A DNA stretch of 64,000 nucleotides. Source: the human T2T-CHM13v2.0 reference genome, Homo sapiens. The position numbers and the translations under genes were made by a program. This document shows positions 57,427 to 64,000 of this stretch, piece after piece. The stretch lies in the NCBI RefSeq assembly GCF_009914755.1, contig NC_060930.1. One strand, 5' to 3'. The notes under the pieces were generated by a model that saw nothing but the letters and a program-made list of their open reading frames with translations, ran no database searches and was not told the origin of the DNA. The stretch's first letter is position 1. Each line of letters begins with the position of its first letter.

Positions 57427-59617
57427 TGTTGCAGGACTTTTCCTTAGTTCAGCTAAAGACAGGGTCCTTGTCTGTCCCATGGCCATGAAAATTTAGGCTT
57501 GCAGATGGTTTGAAGGGTGAGTAAAGCAGGGTTGTATTGGATGAAAAGGAAGAAAAGGGGGAAAAAGGGACTCTTGCAAGGCCAGAGTCCCTGCTAGAAC
57601 GCTTCCTGCCTGCAGCTTGAATCCCAGGTTCCACCCAGGAAAAGGAGGGGCCAGGCTCCTCCTGGCTGCAGAGGGTGAGGACTTCCCAAGGCTCCACCCC
57701 AGTGGGCAGGCTGGTGGAAGTTTCTCCAGGGACCCTCCCTTCCACCAGACTATCTCATTCCCCCCTGTAAAGAAGTATGTCTAACTGCCATTAGATTAAG
57801 GATAAGGACAAAGACTGATCTTAACTGCTTCCTGCTGACAGGGGCACAGTTTTGGGGAAATGGTAGTCAGAGCTTTCTCAGAGGCCTATTTAAGGGTTCC
57901 CAGCAGAAAGGGGCATCATCAGAGGCTCCAGTTGCATGAGAGTTTGGAGTTTGATGCCCTGAAGGCAAGAACAGACAAACCAGGTTATTAGAAAACATGT
58001 ATCAAAACGAAACAAGGGGAGGGGTAAGGACAGCTCAAAAATTCCAAGGCCTTTCACAACTTTGCACAAGAGGGAGGCCGAAAGCCCAACTGGTAAAAAA
58101 AAAAAACCTTTACCCTTTTGCCGACATGTTGGGCTTCTGGGTTCCCTTCACCTGAGCCCAATCTTAAGCCAACCAGTTTATGGTTTGGGAAATTAGCGCT
58201 TTCTAGTTTGGAGGATGCATCTGAGGGGAGTGACCTATAGGATGGAGACACAATTACCTAACTGAAGAAAGGAATGAGGAGGAGAAAGAAAAAAAACAAG
58301 GCACTTTTCAAAGGAGTCCCAGGGGTTCAGGTTGCATTCCAAAGGCGTACAGACTGAAGATGAATGGCTACCCATCTAGAAAAAGGGGAGCAGGTATCTC
58401 TGGTTCCCTTCTCTTCCTTGCAGATAATGGGTACATGAGGGAGAGAGGGAGGAGCATCCTCTTTCCCTCTTCTGTCCTTGCATCCCCAAGTCCTGGTGAC
58501 CTTGGCAGGCACTGCCATGGGTGTAAAAGTGGCTTGCACCTATGAAGCAGGGGGGTTTAGGGGGTGGGGTGATAATCATTCACTCTTACCCATGTATGTC
58601 CTATCTCCCATGTTGTCAGTAGCCTTGGAGTTCTCTAGACCTCATTTATCCCATGGATACTAATGTGGCCTTTATCCATAAAACAGGAAGCTTGGGATTG
58701 GCTTAATCAGCAGGAATCAGCCATACTTACCTGCACTGTGCCTTTTAACTTCTGTTGCCTGCCTCTGGATCCCTTAGATACAGTTTTCTTTCCCAGGACT
58801 TTGGCTCAAAGCTTGGAATTGAGTCTGGAACAAAAATGTATCTAAGGGGCATTGCACAGACTCCTTATGATAAGCCAAATGCTAAGGTGAAACTGTGGAA
58901 TTGAGTCCTCCTCCAATAAGGGAGAGAAAATAATGTCTTGTGACACACTGAGATAACTGGTGACTATAGTTACACTTGCTAGGATTTGGGTGCATGGTAC
59001 TTGACTTTAGTTAGCTCCCTTGGTCTTACTTTCCCAAAAAGGAAACCTCCAAGTGATAGGCATCCTATTTATTCCCTATTTATTAAATCACTTGGCAGGA
59101 TTTGCAGGATAATTACTCAGAACTAGAATACTGATCCAGATTTTTACATTACCCATCCCTCTTGTTCTTTCTGAGCTGCAGTCAGAGATTGCTGGTTGGT
59201 TCACAGAAACAAACAGGATTAGTCTTAAATGTAGGTGAAAAGTTAAAAACAACTAGTGAGTTTAGAATTTAGTGACAACTATGTAAGTTTTGAAACATGA
59301 TTTCTCTCTCTCCAGTCCTCATGTTTGTTAAAAAAACAAATCATCATAGGACTGAGTGGTGTGCAAAATAGACTTTTGCCTTTTTCTTTGCTAAAGATTT
59401 TATACGCTAATTTGCATAAAGTGCAGCAAGAATAACTATTTCTATATAGGCCTTTAGGACTGACTTTAATGGAAGTCTGTTCCACAAGGAATCTCATATA
59501 AGACCTTTTAAAGCTGAGCCCACCCATGAGATTATCCTCAAATAACTGTGAGTTGGGTGATCTTAAGATCTCAAGATAAACTTGGAGCTCCTGAACCTGT
59601 TAGAAAGTGACATTCTT
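57427..59617 (-). mobile_element. MER61-like ERV1 provirus: 3' LTR (57427-57757) and internal 3' region (57758-59617)
   Basis: TG...CA-bounded 331-bp LTR (tgttgcaggacttttccttagttcagctaaagac...ctatctca). A polypurine tract aggggggaa lies immediately upstream on the minus strand. The internal region has no recognisable retroviral ORF. Confidence 0.75.

Positions 59618-64000
<4,383 letters not shown>

Overview
This is primate (human/ape-like) AT-rich genomic DNA dominated by transposable elements. No host protein-coding gene can be supported: nearly all ORFs in the track are L1 or Alu fragments, their antisense shadows, or chance ORFs. The main structure is a nested stack at about 24.4-40.7 kb. 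A Tigger3b-type DNA transposon is split by an AluY, a 34-nt U2 snRNA retrocopy and a full-length minus-strand L1PA7/8-like element (A). A is itself split by an odd 2.16-kb L1 (B) and a full-length plus-strand L1PA4-like element (C). B looks spliced at the L1 +98 donor, 3'-truncated without poly(A), and carries a copy-paste insertion templated from A. A second nested stack (old L1 > LTR > MER61-like provirus > L1PA5/6 > AluY) runs from 57.0 kb off the window end. An old, internally deleted L1 5'UTR plus two Alus at 12.75-14.03 kb retain many CpGs and may be an exapted promoter. There are also weak candidate non-coding exons. Subfamily names come from recalled consensus sequences by eye, not from a search. 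I found no new gene system, only unusually informative retrotransposition and repair scars and candidate regulatory elements.
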